NCBI GenBank assembly: GCA_964016885.1
Contig: OZ024747.1
Span: 90,396,001-90,460,000 of the forward strand
Source of the DNA: Eledone cirrhosa
Taxonomy: Eukaryota
Length of the DNA stretch: 64,000 bases
Direction: 5' to 3'
Each line of letters starts with the position of its first letter. Positions within the stretch are counted from its first letter, which is position 1. The notes beneath the pieces are model-generated. The model had not been told where the DNA came from. It saw only the letters and a program-made list of their open reading frames with translations, and did no database searches. Positions 15,001 to 30,000 of this stretch are shown in pieces. The translations under genes were made by a program, and so were the position numbers.

Positions 15001-18000
15001 CTATGTCTCCCTTTCCTTATCTCACCCCTATGTCTGTAAACACACTATGTCTCCCTTTCCTTATCTCATCTCTATCTTTATAAACACACTATGTCTTCCT
15101 TTCCTTATCTCACCTCTATCTCTGTAAACACACTATGTCTCCCTTTCCTTATCTCACCTCTATCTCTGTAAACACACTATGTCTCCCTTTCCTTATCTCA
15201 CCTCTATCTCTGTAAACACACTATGTCTCCCTTTCCTTATCTCACCTCTATCTCTGTAAACACACTATGTCTCCCTTTCCTTATCTCACCTCTATCTATG
15301 TAAACACACTATGTCTCCCTTTCCTTATCTCACCTCTATCTCTATAAACACACTATGTCTCCCTTTCCTTATCTCACCCCTATCTCTGTAAACACACTAT
15401 GTCTCCCTTTCCTTATCTCACCTCTATCTCTGTAAACACACTATGTCTCCCTTTCCTTATCTCACCTCTATCTCTATAAACACACTATGTCTCCCTTTCC
15501 TTATCTCACCTCTATCTTTATAAACACACTATGTCTCCCTTTCCTTATCTCACCTCTATCTCTGTAAACACACTATGTCTCCCTTTCCTTATCTCACCTC
15601 TATCTTTATAAACACACTATGTCTCTCATTCCTTATCTCACCTCTATCTCTGTAAACACACTATGTCTCCCTTTCCTTATCTCACCTCTATCTCTATAAA
15701 CACACTATGTCTCCCTTTCCTTATCTCACCTCTATCTTTATAAACACACTATGTCTCTCATTCCTTATCTCACCTCTATCTCTGTAAACACACTATGTCT
15801 CCCTTTCCTTATCTCACCTCTATCTCTGTAAACACACTGTGTCTCCCTTTCCTTATCTCACATCTATCTCTGTAAACACACTATGTCTCCCTTTCCTTAT
15901 CTCACCTCTATCTCTGTAAACACACTATGTCTCCCTTTCCTTATCTCACCTCTATCTCTGTAAACACACTATGTCTCCCTTTCCTTATCTCACCTCTCTC
16001 TCTGTAAACACACTATGTCTCCCTTTCCTTATCTCACCTCTATCTTTATAAACACACTATGTCTCTCATTCCTTATCTCACCTCTATCTCTGTAAACACA
16101 CTATGTCTCCCTTTCCTTATCTCACCTCTATCTCTATAAACACACTATGTCTCCCTTTCCTTATCTCACCTCTATCTTTATAAACACACTATGTCTCTCA
16201 TTCCTTATCTCACCTCTATCTCTGTAAACACACTATGTCTCCCTTTCCTTATCTCACCTCTATCTTTGTAAACACACTATGTCTCTCTTTCCTTATCTCA
16301 CCTCTATCTTTGTAAACACACTATGTCTCCCTTTCCTTATCTCACCTCTATCTCTGTAAACACACTGTGTCTCCCTTTCCTTATCTCACCCCTATCTTTA
16401 TAAACACACTATGTCTCCCTTTCCTTATCTCACCTCTATCTTTGTAAACACACTATGTCTCCCTGTCCTTATCTCAACTCTATCTCTGTAAACACACTAT
16501 GTCTCCCTTTCCTTATCTCACCCCTATCTTTATAAACACACTATGTCTCCCTTTCCTTATCTCACCTCTATCTCTGTAAACACACTATGTCTCCCTTTCC
16601 TTATCTCACCTCTAACTCTGTAAACACACTATGTCTCCCTTTCCTTATCTCACCTCTATCTCTGTAAACACACTATGTCTCCCTTTCCTTATCTCACCTC
16701 TATCTATGTAAACACACTATGTCTCCCTTTCCTTATCTCACCTCTATCTCTATAAACACACTATGTCTCCCTTTCCTTATCTCACCCCTATCTCTGTAAA
16801 CACACTATGTCTCCCTTTCCTTATCTCACCTCTATCTCTGTAAACACACTATGTCTCCCTTTCCTTATCTCACCTCTATCTCTGTAAACACACTATGTCT
16901 CTCTTTCCTTATCTCACCTCTATCTCTGTAAACACACTATGTCTCCCTTTCCTTATCTCACCTCTATCTCTATAAACACACTATGTCTCCCTTTCCTTAT
17001 CTCACCTCTATCTTTATAAACACACTATGTCTCCCTTTCCTTATCTCACCTCTATCTCTGTAAACACACTATGTCTCCCTTTCCTTATCTCACCTCTATC
17101 TATGTAAACACACTATGTCTCCCTTTCCTTATCTCACCTCTATCTCTGTAAACACACTATGTCTCCCTTTCCTTATCTCACCTCTATCTTTATAAACACA
17201 CTATGTCTCCCTTTCCTTATCTCACCTCTATCTCTGTAAACACACTATGTCTCCCTTTCCTTATCTCACCTCTATCTCTGTAAACACACTATGTCTCCCT
17301 TTCATTATCTCACCTCTAACTCTGTAAACACACTATGTCTCCCTTTCCTTATCTCACCTCTCTCTCTGTAAACACACTATGTCTCCCTTTCCTTATCTCA
17401 CCTCTATCTCTGTAAACACACTATGTCTCCCTTTCCTTATCTCACCTCTATCTCTGTAAACACACTATGTCTCCCTTTCATTATCTCACCTCTAACTCTG
17501 TAAACACACTATGTCTCCCTTTCCTTATCTCACCTCTAACTCTGTAAACACACTATGTCTCCCTTTCCTTATCTCACCTCTATCTCTGTAAACACACTAT
17601 GTCTCCCTTTCCTTATCTCACCTCTATATTTTATAAACACACTGTGTCTCCCTTTCCTTATCTCACCCCTATCTTTATAAACACACTATGTCTCCCTTTC
17701 CTTATCTCACCTCTATCTTTGTAAACACACTATGTCTCCCTGTCCTTATCTCACCTCTATCTCTGTAAACACACTATGTCTCCCTTTCCTTATCTCACCT
17801 CTATCTTTGTAAACACACTATGTCTCTCTTTCCTTATCTCACCCCTGTGTCTGTAAACACACTATGTCTCCCTTCCCTTATCTCACCCCTATCTTTATAA
17901 ACACACTATGTCTCCCTTTCCTTATCTCACCCCTATGTCTGTAAACACACTATGTCTCCCTTTCCTTATCTCATCTCTATCTTTATAAACACACTATGTC

Positions 18001-21000
18001 TTCGTTTCCTTATCTCACCTCTATCTCTGTAAACACACTATGTCTCCCTTTCCTTATCTCACCTCTATCTCTGTAAACACACTATGTCTCCCTTTCCTTA
18101 TCTCACCTCTATCTCTGTAAACACACTATGTCTCCCTTTCCTTATCTCACCTCTATCTCTGTAAACACACTATGTCTCCCTTTCCTTATCTCACCTCTAT
18201 CTATGTAAACACACTATGTCTCCCTTTCCTTATCTCACCTCTATCTCTGTAAACACACTATGTCTCCCTTTCCTTATCTCACCTCTATCTTTATAAACAC
18301 ACTATGTCTCCCTTTCCTTATCTCACCTCTATCTCTGTAAACACACTATGTCTCCCTTTCCTTATCTCACCTCTATCTCTGTAAACACACTATGTCTCCC
18401 TTTCATTATCTCACCTCTAACTCTGTAAACACACTATGTCTCCCTTTCCTTATCTCACCTCTCTCTCTGTAAACACACTATGTCTCCCTTTCCTTATCTC
18501 ACCTCTATCTCTGTAAACACACTATGTCTCCCTTTCCTTATCTCACCTCTATCTCTGTAAACACACTATGTCTCCCTTTCATTATCTCACCTCTAACTCT
18601 GTAAACACACTATGTCTCCCTTTCCTTATCTCACCTCTATCTTTATAAACACACTGTGTCTCCCTTTCCTTATCTCACCCCTATCTTTATAAACACACTA
18701 TGTCTCCCTTTCCTTATCTCACCTCTATCTTTGTAAACACACTATGTCTCCCTTTCCTTATCTCACCTCTATCTCTGTAAACACACTATGTCTCCCTTTC
18801 CTTATCTCACCCCTATCTCTGTAAACACACTATGTCTCCCTTTCCTTATCTCACCTCTATCTCTGTAAACACACTATGTCTCCCTTTCCTTATCTCACCT
18901 CTATCTCTGTAAACACACTATGTCTCCCTTTCCTTATCTCACCTCTAACTCTGTAAACACACTATGTCTCCCTTTCCTTATCTCACCTCTATCTCTGTAA
19001 ACACACTATGTCTCTCTTTCCTTATCTCACCTCTATCTCTGTAAACACACTATGTCTTCCTTTCCTTATCTCACCTCTATCTTTATAAACACACTATGTC
19101 TCTCATTCCTTATCTCACCTCTATCTCTGTAAACACACTATGTCTCCCTTTCCTTATCTCACCTCTATCTTTGTAAACACACTATGTCTCTCTTTCCTTA
19201 TCTCACCTCTATCTCTGTAAACACACTATGTCTCCCTTTCCTTATCTCACCTCTATCTTTGTAAACACACTATGTCTCTCTTTCCTTATCTCACCTCTAT
19301 CTTTGTAAACACACTATGTCTCCCTTTCCTTATCTCACCTCTATCTTTATAAACACACTGTGTCTCCCTTTCCTTATCTCACCCCTATCTTTATAAACAC
19401 ACTATGTCTCCCTTTCCTTATCTCACCTCTATCTTTGTAAACACACTATGTCTCCCTGTCCTTATCTCACCTCTATCTCTGTAAACACACTATGTCTCTC
19501 TTTCCTTATCTCACCCCTATGTCTGTAAACACACTATGTCTCCCTTTCCTTATCTCACCTCTAACTCTGTAAACACACTATGTCTCCCTTTCCTTATCTC
19601 ACCTCTATCTCTGTAAACACACTATGTCTCCCTTTCCTTATCTCACCTCTATCTTTGTAAACACACTATGTCTCTCTTTCCTTATCACACCCCTATCTTT
19701 ATAAACACACTATGTCTCCCTTTCCTTATCTCACCTCTATCTTTGTAAACACACTATGTCTCCCTGTCCTTATCTCACTTCTATCTCTGTAAACACACTA
19801 TGTCTCCCTTTCCTTATCTCACCTCTATCTTTGTAAACACACTATGTCTCCCTGTCCTTATCTCACTTCTATCTCTGTAAACACATTATGTCTCCCTTTC
19901 CTTATCTCACCTCTATCTTTGTAAACACACTATGTCTCTCTTTCCTTATCTCACCCCTATGTCTGTAAACACACTGTCTCTCTTTCCTTATCTCACCCCT
20001 ATGTCTGTAAACACACTATGTCTCCCTTTCCTTATCTCACCTCTATCTTTATAAACACACTATGTCTCCCTTTCCTTATCTCACCTCTATCTCTGTAAAC
20101 ACACTATATCTCCCTTTCCTTATCTCACCTCTAACTCTGTAAACACACTATGTCTCCCTTTCCTTATCTCACCTCTATCTCTGTAAACACACTATGTCTC
20201 CCTTTCCTTATCTCACCTCTATCTCTGTAAACACACTATGTCTCCCTTTCCTTATCTCACCTCATCTTTGTAAACACACTATGTCTCCCTTTCCTTATCT
20301 CACCTCTATCTCTGTAAACACACTATGTCTCTCTTTCCTTATCTCACCTCTATCTCTGTAAACACACTATGTCTCCCTTTCCTTATCTCACCTCTATCTT
20401 TGTAAACACACTATGTCTCTCTTTCCTTATCTCACCTCTATCTTTGTAAACACACTATGTCTCCCTTTCCTTATCTCACCTCTATCTTTATAAACACACT
20501 GTGTCTCCCTTTCCTTATCTCACCCCTATCTTTATAAACACACTATGTCTCCCTTTCCTTATCTCACCTCTATCTTTGTAAACACACTATGTCTCCCTGT
20601 CCTTATCTCACCTCTATCTCTGTAAACACACTATGTCTCCCTTTCCTTATCTCACCCCTATCTTTATAAACACACTATGTCTCCCTTTCCTTATCTCACC
20701 TCTATCTTTATAAACACACTGTGTCTCCCTTTCCTTATCTCACCCCTATCTTTATAAACACACTATGTCTCCCTTTCCTTATCTCACCTCTATCTTTATA
20801 AACACACTATGTCTCCCTTTCCTTATCTCACCTCTAACTCTGTAAACACACTATGTCTCCCTTTCCTTATCTCACCTCTATCTTTATAAACACACTATGT
20901 CTCCCTTTCCTTATCTCACCTCTATCTTTATAAACACACTATGTCTCCCTTACCTTATCTCACCCCTATCTTTATAAACACACTATGTCTCCCTTTCCTT

Positions 21001-24000
21001 ATCACACCTCTATCTTTATAAACACACTATGTCTCCCTTTCCTTATCTCACCTCTATCTCTGTAAACACACTATGTCTCCCTTACCTTATCTCACCCCTA
21101 TCTTTATAAACACACTATGTCTCTCTTTCCTTATCTCACCCCTATGTCTGTAAACACACTATGTCTCCCTTTCCTTATCTCACCTCTATCTCTGTAAACA
21201 CACTATGTCTCCCTTTCCTTATCTCACCTCTATCTTTGTAAACACACTATGTCTCTCTTTCCTTATCTCACCCCTATGTCTGTAAACACACTGTCTCTCT
21301 TTCCTTATCTCACCCCTATGTCTGTAAACACACTATGTCTCCCTTTCCTTATCTCACCTCTATCTTTATAAACACACTATGTCTCCCTTTCCTTATCTCA
21401 CCTCTATCTTTATAAACACACTATGTCTCCCTTTCCTTATCTCACCTCTATCTTTGTAAACACACTATGTCTCTCTTTCCTTATCTCACCCCTATGTCTG
21501 TAAACACACTGTCTCCCTTTCCTTATCTCACCTCTATCTCTGTAAACACACTATGTCTCCCTTTCCTTATCTCACCTCTATCTCTGTAAACACACTATGT
21601 CTCCCTTTCCTTATCTCACCTCTAACTCTGTAAACACACTATGTCTCCCTTTCCTTATCTCACCTCTATCTCTGTAAACACACTATGTCTCCCTTTCCTT
21701 ATCTCACCTCTATCTATGTAAACACACTATGTCTCCCTTTCCTTATCTCACCTCTATCTCAGTAAACACACTATGTCTCCCTTTCCTTATCTCACCCCTA
21801 TGTCTGTAAACACACTATGTCTCCCTTTCCTTATCTCACCTCTATCTTTGTAAACACACTATGTCTCCCTGTCCTTATCTCACCTCTATCTCTGTAAACA
21901 CACTATGTCTCCCTTTCCTTATCTCACCTCTATCTTTATAAACACACTATGTCTCTCTTTCCTTATCTCACCCCTATGTCTGTAAACACACTATGTCTCC
22001 CTTTCCTTATCTCACCTCTAACTCTGTAAACACACTATGTCTCCCTTTCCTTATCTCACCCCTATGTCTGTAAACACACTATGTCTCCCTTTCCTTATCT
22101 CACCTCTATCTTTATAAACACACTATGTCTCCCTTTCCTTATCTCACCTCTATCTCTGTAAACACACTATGTCTCCCTTTCCTTATCTCACCTCTATCTC
22201 TGTAAACACACTATGTCTCCCTTTCCTTATCTCACCTCTAACTCTGTAAACACACTATGTCTCCCTTTCCTTATCTCACCTCTATCTCTGTAAACACACT
22301 ATGTCTCCCTTTCCTTATCTCACCTCTAACTCTGTAAACACACTATGTCTCCCTTTCCTTATCTCACCTCTATCTCTGTAAACACACTATGTCTCCCTTT
22401 CGTTATCTTACCTCTATCTCTGTAAACACACTATGTCTCCCTTTCCTTATCTCACATCTATCTCTGTAAAGACACTATGTCTCCCTTTCCTTATCTCACC
22501 TCTATCTCTGTAAACACACTATGTCTCCCTTTCCTTATCTCACCTCTATCTCTGTAAACACACTATGTCTCCCTTTCCTTATCTCACCCCTATGTCTGTA
22601 AACACACTATGTCTCCCTTTCCTTATCTCACCTCTATCTTTATAAACACACTATGTCTCCCTTTCCTTATCTCACCCCTATCTCTGTAAACACATTATGT
22701 CCCCCTTTCCTTATCTCACCTCTATCTTTGTAAACACACTATGTCTTCCTTTCCTTATCTCACCTCTATCTCTGTAAACACACTATGTCTCCCCTTCCTT
22801 ATCTCACCTCTATCTTTGTAAACACACTATGTCGCCCTTTCCTTATCTCACCTCTATCTCTGTAAACACACTATGTCTCCCTTTCCTTATCTCACCTCTA
22901 ACTCTGTAAACACACTATGTCTCCCTTTCCTTATCTCACATCTATCTCTGTAAACACACTATGTCTCCCATTCCTTATCTCACCTCTATCTCTGTAAACA
23001 CACTATATCTCCCTTTCCTTATCTCACCTCTATCTCTGTAAAGACACTATGTCTCCCTTTCCTTATCTCACATCTATCTCTGTAAAGACACTATGTCTCC
23101 CTTTCCTTATCTCACCTCTATCTCTGTAAACACACTATGTCTCCCTTTCCTTATCTCACCTCTATCTCTGTAAACACACTATGTCTTCCTTTCCTTATCT
23201 CACCTCTATCTTTATAAACACACTATGTCTCTCATTCCTTATCTCACCTCTATCTCTGTAAACACACTATGTCTCCCTTTCCTTATCTCACCTCTATCTT
23301 TGTAAACACACTATGTCTCTCTTTCCTTATCTCACCTCTATCTCTGTAAACACACTATGTCTCCCTTTCCTTATCTCACCTCTATCTTTGTAAACACACT
23401 ATGTCTCTCTTTCCTTATCTCACCTCTATCTTTGTAAACACACTATGTCTCCCTTTCCTTATCTCACCTCTATCTTTATAAACACACTGTGTCTCCCTTT
23501 CCTTATCTCACCCCTATCTTTATAAACACACTATGTCTCCCTTTCCTTATCTCACCTCTATCTTTGTAAACACACTATGTCTCCCTGTCCTTATCTCACC
23601 TCTATCTCTGTAAACACACTATGTCTCCCTTTCCTTATCTCACCTCTATCTCTGTAAACACACTATGTCTCCCTTTCCTTATCTCACCCCTATGTCTGTA
23701 AACACACTATGTCTCCCTTTCCTTATCTCACCTCTATCTTTATAAACACACTATGTCTCCCTTTCCTTATCTCACCTCTATCTCTGTAAACACATTATGT
23801 CCCCCTTTCCTTATCTCACCTCTATCTTTGTAAACACACTATGTCTTCCTTTCCTTATCTCACCTCTATCTCTGTAAACACACTATGTCTCCCTTTCCTT
23901 ATCTCACCTCTATCTTTGTAAACACACTATGTCGCCCTTTCCTTATCTCACCTCTATCTCTGTAAACACACTATGTCTCCCTTTCCTTATCTCACCTCTA

Positions 24001-27000
24001 TCTCTGTAAACACACTATGTCTCCCTTTCCTTATCTCACCCCTATCTTTATAAACACACTATGTCTCCCTTTCCTTATCTCACCTCTATCTTTGTAAACA
24101 CACTATGTCTCCCTGTCCTTATCTCACCTCTATCTTTGTAAACACACTATGTCTCCCTGTCCTTATCTCACCTCTATCTTTGTAAACACACTATGTCTCC
24201 CTTTCCTTATCTCACCTCTATCTTTATAAACACACTATGTCTCCCTTTCCTTATCTCACCTCTATCTCTGTAAACACACTATGTCTCCCTTTCCTTATCT
24301 CACCTCTATCTTTGTAAACACACTATGTCTCCCTTTCCTTATCTCACCTCTATCTCTGTAAACACACTATGTCTCTCTTTCCTTATCTCACCCCTATGTC
24401 TGTAAACACACTATGTCTCCCTTTCCTTATCTCACCTCTATCTTTATAAACACACTATGTCTCCCTTTCCTTATCTCACCTCTATCTCTGTAAACACACT
24501 ATGTCTCCCTTTCCTTATCTCACCTCTATCTTTATAAACACACTATGTCTCTCATTCCTTATCTCACCTCTATCTCTGTAAACACACTATGTCTCCCTTT
24601 CCTTATCTCACCTCTATCTCTGTAAACACACTATGTCTCCCTTTCCTTATCTCACCTCTATCTCTGTAAACACACTATGTCTCCCTTTCCTTATCTCACC
24701 TCTATCTTTATAAATACACTATGTCTCCCTTTCCTTATCTCACCTCTATCTCTGTAAACACACTATATCTCCCTTTCCTTATCTCACCTCTAACTCTGTA
24801 AACACACTATGTCTCCCTTTCCTTATCTCACCTCTATCTCTGTAAACACACTATGTCTCCCTTTCCTTATCTCACCTCTAACTCTGTAAACACACTATGT
24901 CTCCCTTTCCTTATCTCACCTCTATCTCTGTAAACACACTATGTCTCCCTTTCCTTATCTCACCTCTATCTCTGTAAACACACTATGTCTCCCTTTCCTT
25001 ATCTCACCTCTATCTCTGTAAACACACTATATCTCCCTTTCCTTATCTCACCTCTATCTCTGTAAACACACTATGTCTCCCTTTCCTTATCTCACCTCTA
25101 TCTTTGTAAACACACTATGTCTCCCTTTCCTTATCTCACCTCTATCTCTGTAAACACACTATGTCTCCCTTTCCTTATCTCACCTCTATCTCTGTAAACA
25201 CACTATGTCTCCCTTTCCTTATCTCGCCTCTATCTCTGTAAACACACTATGTCTCCCTTTCCTTATCTCACCTCTATCTTTGTAAACACACTATGTCTCC
25301 CTTTCCTTATCTCACCTCTATCTCTGTAAACACACTATGTCTCCCTTTCCTTATCTCACCTCTATCTCTGTAAACACACTATGTCTCCCTTTCCTTATCT
25401 CACCTCTATCTCTGTAAACACACTATGTCTCCCTTTCCTTATCTCACCTCTATCTCTGTAAACACACTATGTCTCCCTTTCCTTATCTCACCTCTATCTC
25501 TGTAAACACACTATGTCTCCCTTTCCTTATCTCACCTCTATCTTTGTAAACACACTATGTCTCCCTTTCCTTATCTCACCTCTATCTCTGTAAACACACT
25601 ATGTCTCCCTTTCCTTATCTCACCTCTAACTCTGTAAACACACTATGTCTCCCTTTCCTTATCTCACCTCTATCTCTGTAAACACACTATGTCTCCCTTT
25701 CCTTATCTCACCTCTATCTATGTAAATACACTATGTCTCCCTTTCCTTATCTCACCTCTATCTCTGTAAACACACTATGTCTCCCTTTCCTTATCTCACC
25801 CCTATGTCTGTAAACACACTATGTCTCCCTTTCCTTATCTCACCTCTATCTCTGTAAACACACTATGTCTCCCTTTCCTTATCTCACCTCTATCTTTGTA
25901 AACACACTATGTCTCCCTTTCCTTATCTCACCTCTATCTCTGTAAACACACTATGTCTCCCTTTCCTTATCTCACCTCTATTTCTGTAAACACACTATGT
26001 CTCCCTTTCCTTATCTCACCTCTATCTCTGTAAACACACTATGTCTCCCTTTCCTTATCTCACCTCTATCTTTGTAAACACACTATGTCTCCCTTTCCTT
26101 ATCTCACCTCTATCTCTGTAAACACACTATGTCTCCCTTTACTTATCTCACCTCTATCTCTGTAAACACACTATGTCTCCCTTTCCTTATCTCACCTCTA
26201 TCTCTGTAAACACACTATGTCTCCCTTTCCTTATCTCACCTCTATCTCTGTAAACACACTATGTCTCCCTTTCCTTATCTCACCCCTATGTCTGTAAACA
26301 CACTATGTCTCCCTTTCCTTATCTCACCTCTATCTTTATAAACACACTATGTCTCCCTTTCCTTATCTCACATCTATCTCTGTAAACACATTATGTCCCC
26401 CTTTCCTTATCTCACCTCTATCTTTGTAAACACACTATGTCTTCCTTTCCTTATCTCACCTCTATCTCTGTAAACACACTATGTCTCCCTTTCCTTATCT
26501 CACCTCTATCTCTGTAAACACACTATGTCTCCCTTTCCTTATCTCACCTCTATCTCTGTAAACACACTATGTCGCCCTTTCCTTATCTCACCTCTATCTC
26601 TGTAAACACACTATGTCTCCCTTTCCTTATCTCACCTCTATCTTTGTAAATACACTATGTCTCCCTTTCCTTATCTCACCTCTATCTTTGTAAACACACT
26701 ATGTCTCCCTTTCCTTATCTCACCCCTATGTCTGTAAACACACTATGTCTCCCTTTCCTTATCTCACCTCTAACTCTGTAAACACACTATGTCTCCCTTT
26801 CCTTATCTCACCTCTATCTTTGTAAACACACTATGTCTCCCTTTCCTTATCTCACCTCTATCTTTGTAAACACACTATGTCTCTCTTTCCTTATCTCACC
26901 CCTATGTCTGTAAACACACTATGTCTCCCTTTCCTTATCTCACCTCTAACTCTGTAAACACACTATGTCTCCCTTTCCTTATCTCACCTCTATCTCTGTA

Positions 27001-30000
27001 AACACACTATGTCTCCCTTTCCTTATCTCACCTCTAACTCTGTAAACACACTATGTCTCCCTTTCCTTATCTCACCTCTATCTCTGTAAACACACTATGT
27101 CTCCCTTTCCTTATCTCACCTCTATCTCTGTAAACACACTATGTCTCTCTTTCCTTATCTCACCCCTATGTCTGTAAACACACTGTCTCTCTTTCCTTAT
27201 CTCACCCCTATGTCTGTAAACACACTATGTCTCCCTTTCCTTATCTCACCTCTATCTCTGTAAACACACTATGTCTCCCTTTCCTCATCTCACCTCTATC
27301 TCTGTAAACACACTATGTCTCTCTTTCCTTATCTCACCTCTATTTCTGTAAACACACTATGTCTCCCTTTCCTTATCTCACCTCTATCTCTGTAAACACA
27401 CTATGTCTCCCTTTCCTCATCTCACCTCTATCTTTGTAAACACACTATGTCTCCCTTTCCCTATCTCACCTCTATCTCTGTAAACACACTATGTCTCTCT
27501 TTCCTTATCTCACCCCTATGTCTGTAAACACACTATGTCTCCCTTTCCTTATCTCACCTCTATCTTTATAAACACACTATGTCTCCCTTTCCTTATCTCA
27601 CCTCTATCTCTGTAAACACACTATATCTCCCTTTCCTTATCTCACCTCTAACTCTGTAAACACACTATGTCTCCCTTTCCTTATCTCACCTCTATCTCTG
27701 TAAACACACTATGTCTCCCTTTCCTTATCTCACCTCTATCTCTATAAACACACTATGTCTCTCTTTCCTTATCTCACCCCTATGTCTGTAAACACACTAT
27801 GTCTCCCTTTCCTTATCTCACCTCTAACTCTGTAAACACACTATGTCTCCCTTTCCTTATCTCACCTCTATCTCTGTAAACACACTATGTCTCCCTTTCC
27901 TTATCTCACCTCTATCTCTGTAAACACACTATGTCTCCCTTTCCTTATCTCACCCCTATGTTTGTAAACACACTATGTCTCCCTTTCCTTATCTCACCTC
28001 TATCTTTATAAACACACTATGTCTCCCTTTCCTTATCTCACCTCTATCTCTGTAAACACACTATGTCTCCCTTTCCTTATCTCACCTCTATCTCTGTAAA
28101 CACACTATGTCTCCCTTTCCTTATCTCACCCCTATGTTTGTAAACACACTATGTCTCCCTTTCCTTATCTCACCTCTATCTTTATAAACACACTATGTCT
28201 CCCTTTCCTTATCTCACCTCTATCTTTATAAACACACTATGTCTCCCTTTCCTTATCTCACCTCTATCTCTGTAAACACACTATGTCTCCCTTTCCTTAT
28301 CTCACCTCTATCTTTGTAAACACACTATGTCTCCCTTTCCTTATCTCACCTCTATCTCTGTAAACACACTATGTCTCTCTTTCCTTATCTCACCCCTATG
28401 TCTGTAAACACACTATGTCTCCCTTTCCTTATCTCACCTCTATCTTTATAAACACACTATGTCTCCCTTTCCTTATCTCACCTCTATCTCTGTAAACACA
28501 CTATGTCTCCCTTTCCTTATCTCACCTCTATCTTTATAAACACACTATGTCTCTCATTCCTTATCTCACCTCTATCTCTGTAAACACACTATGTCTCCCT
28601 TTCCTTATCTCACCTCTATCTCTGTAAACACACTATGTCTCCCTTTCCTTATCTCACCTCTATCTCTGTAAACACACTATGTCTCCCTTTCCTTATCTCA
28701 CCTCTATCTTTATAAATACACTATGTCTCCCTTTCCTTATCTCACCTCTATCTCTGTAAACACACTATATCTCCCTTTCCTTATCTCACCTCTAACTCTG
28801 TAAACACACTATGTCTCCCTTTCCTTATCTCACCTCTATCTCTGTAAACACACTATGTCTCCCTTTCCTTATCTCACCTCTAACTCTGTAAACACACTAT
28901 GTCTCCCTTTCCTTATCTCACCTCTATCTCTGTAAACACACTATGTCTCCCTTTCCTTATCTCACCTCTATCTCTGTAAACACACTATGTCTCCCTTTCC
29001 TTATCTCACCTCTATCTCTGTAAACACACTATATCTCCCTTTCCTTATCTCACCTCTATCTCTGTAAACACACTATGTCTCCCTTTCCTTATCTCACCTC
29101 TATCTTTGTAAACACACTATGTCTCCCTTTCCTTATCTCACCTCTATCTCTGTAAACACACTATGTCTCCCTTTCCTTATCTCACCTCTATCTCTGTAAA
29201 CACACTATGTCTCCCTTTCCTTATCTCGCCTCTATCTCTGTAAACACACTATGTCTCCCTTTCCTTATCTCACCTCTATCTTTGTAAACACACTATGTCT
29301 CCCTTTCCTTATCTCACCTCTATCTCTGTAAACACACTATGTCTCCCTTTCCTTATCTCACCTCTATCTCTGTAAACACACTATGTCTCCCTTTCCTTAT
29401 CTCACCTCTATCTCTGTAAACACACTATGTCTCCCTTTCCTTATCTCACCTCTATCTCTGTAAACACACTATGTCTCCCTTTCCTTATCTCACCTCTATC
29501 TCTGTAAACACACTATGTCTCCCTTTCCTTATCTCACCTCTATCTTTGTAAACACACTATGTCTCCCTTTCCTTATCTCACCTCTATCTCTGTAAACACA
29601 CTATGTCTCCCTTTCCTTATCTCACCTCTAACTCTGTAAACACACTATGTCTCCCTTTCCTTATCTCACCTCTATCTCTGTAAACACACTATGTCTCCCT
29701 TTCCTTATCTCACCTCTATCTATGTAAATACACTATGTCTCCCTTTCCTTATCTCACCTCTATCTCTGTAAACACACTATGTCTCCCTTTCCTTATCTCA
29801 CCCCTATGTCTGTAAACACACTATGTCTCCCTTTCCTTATCTCACCTCTATCTCTGTAAACACACTATGTCTCCCTTTCCTTATCTCACCTCTATCTTTG
29901 TAAACACACTATGTCTCCCTTTCCTTATCTCACCTCTATCTCTGTAAACACACTATGTCTCCCTTTCCTTATCTCACCTCTATTTCTGTAAACACACTAT

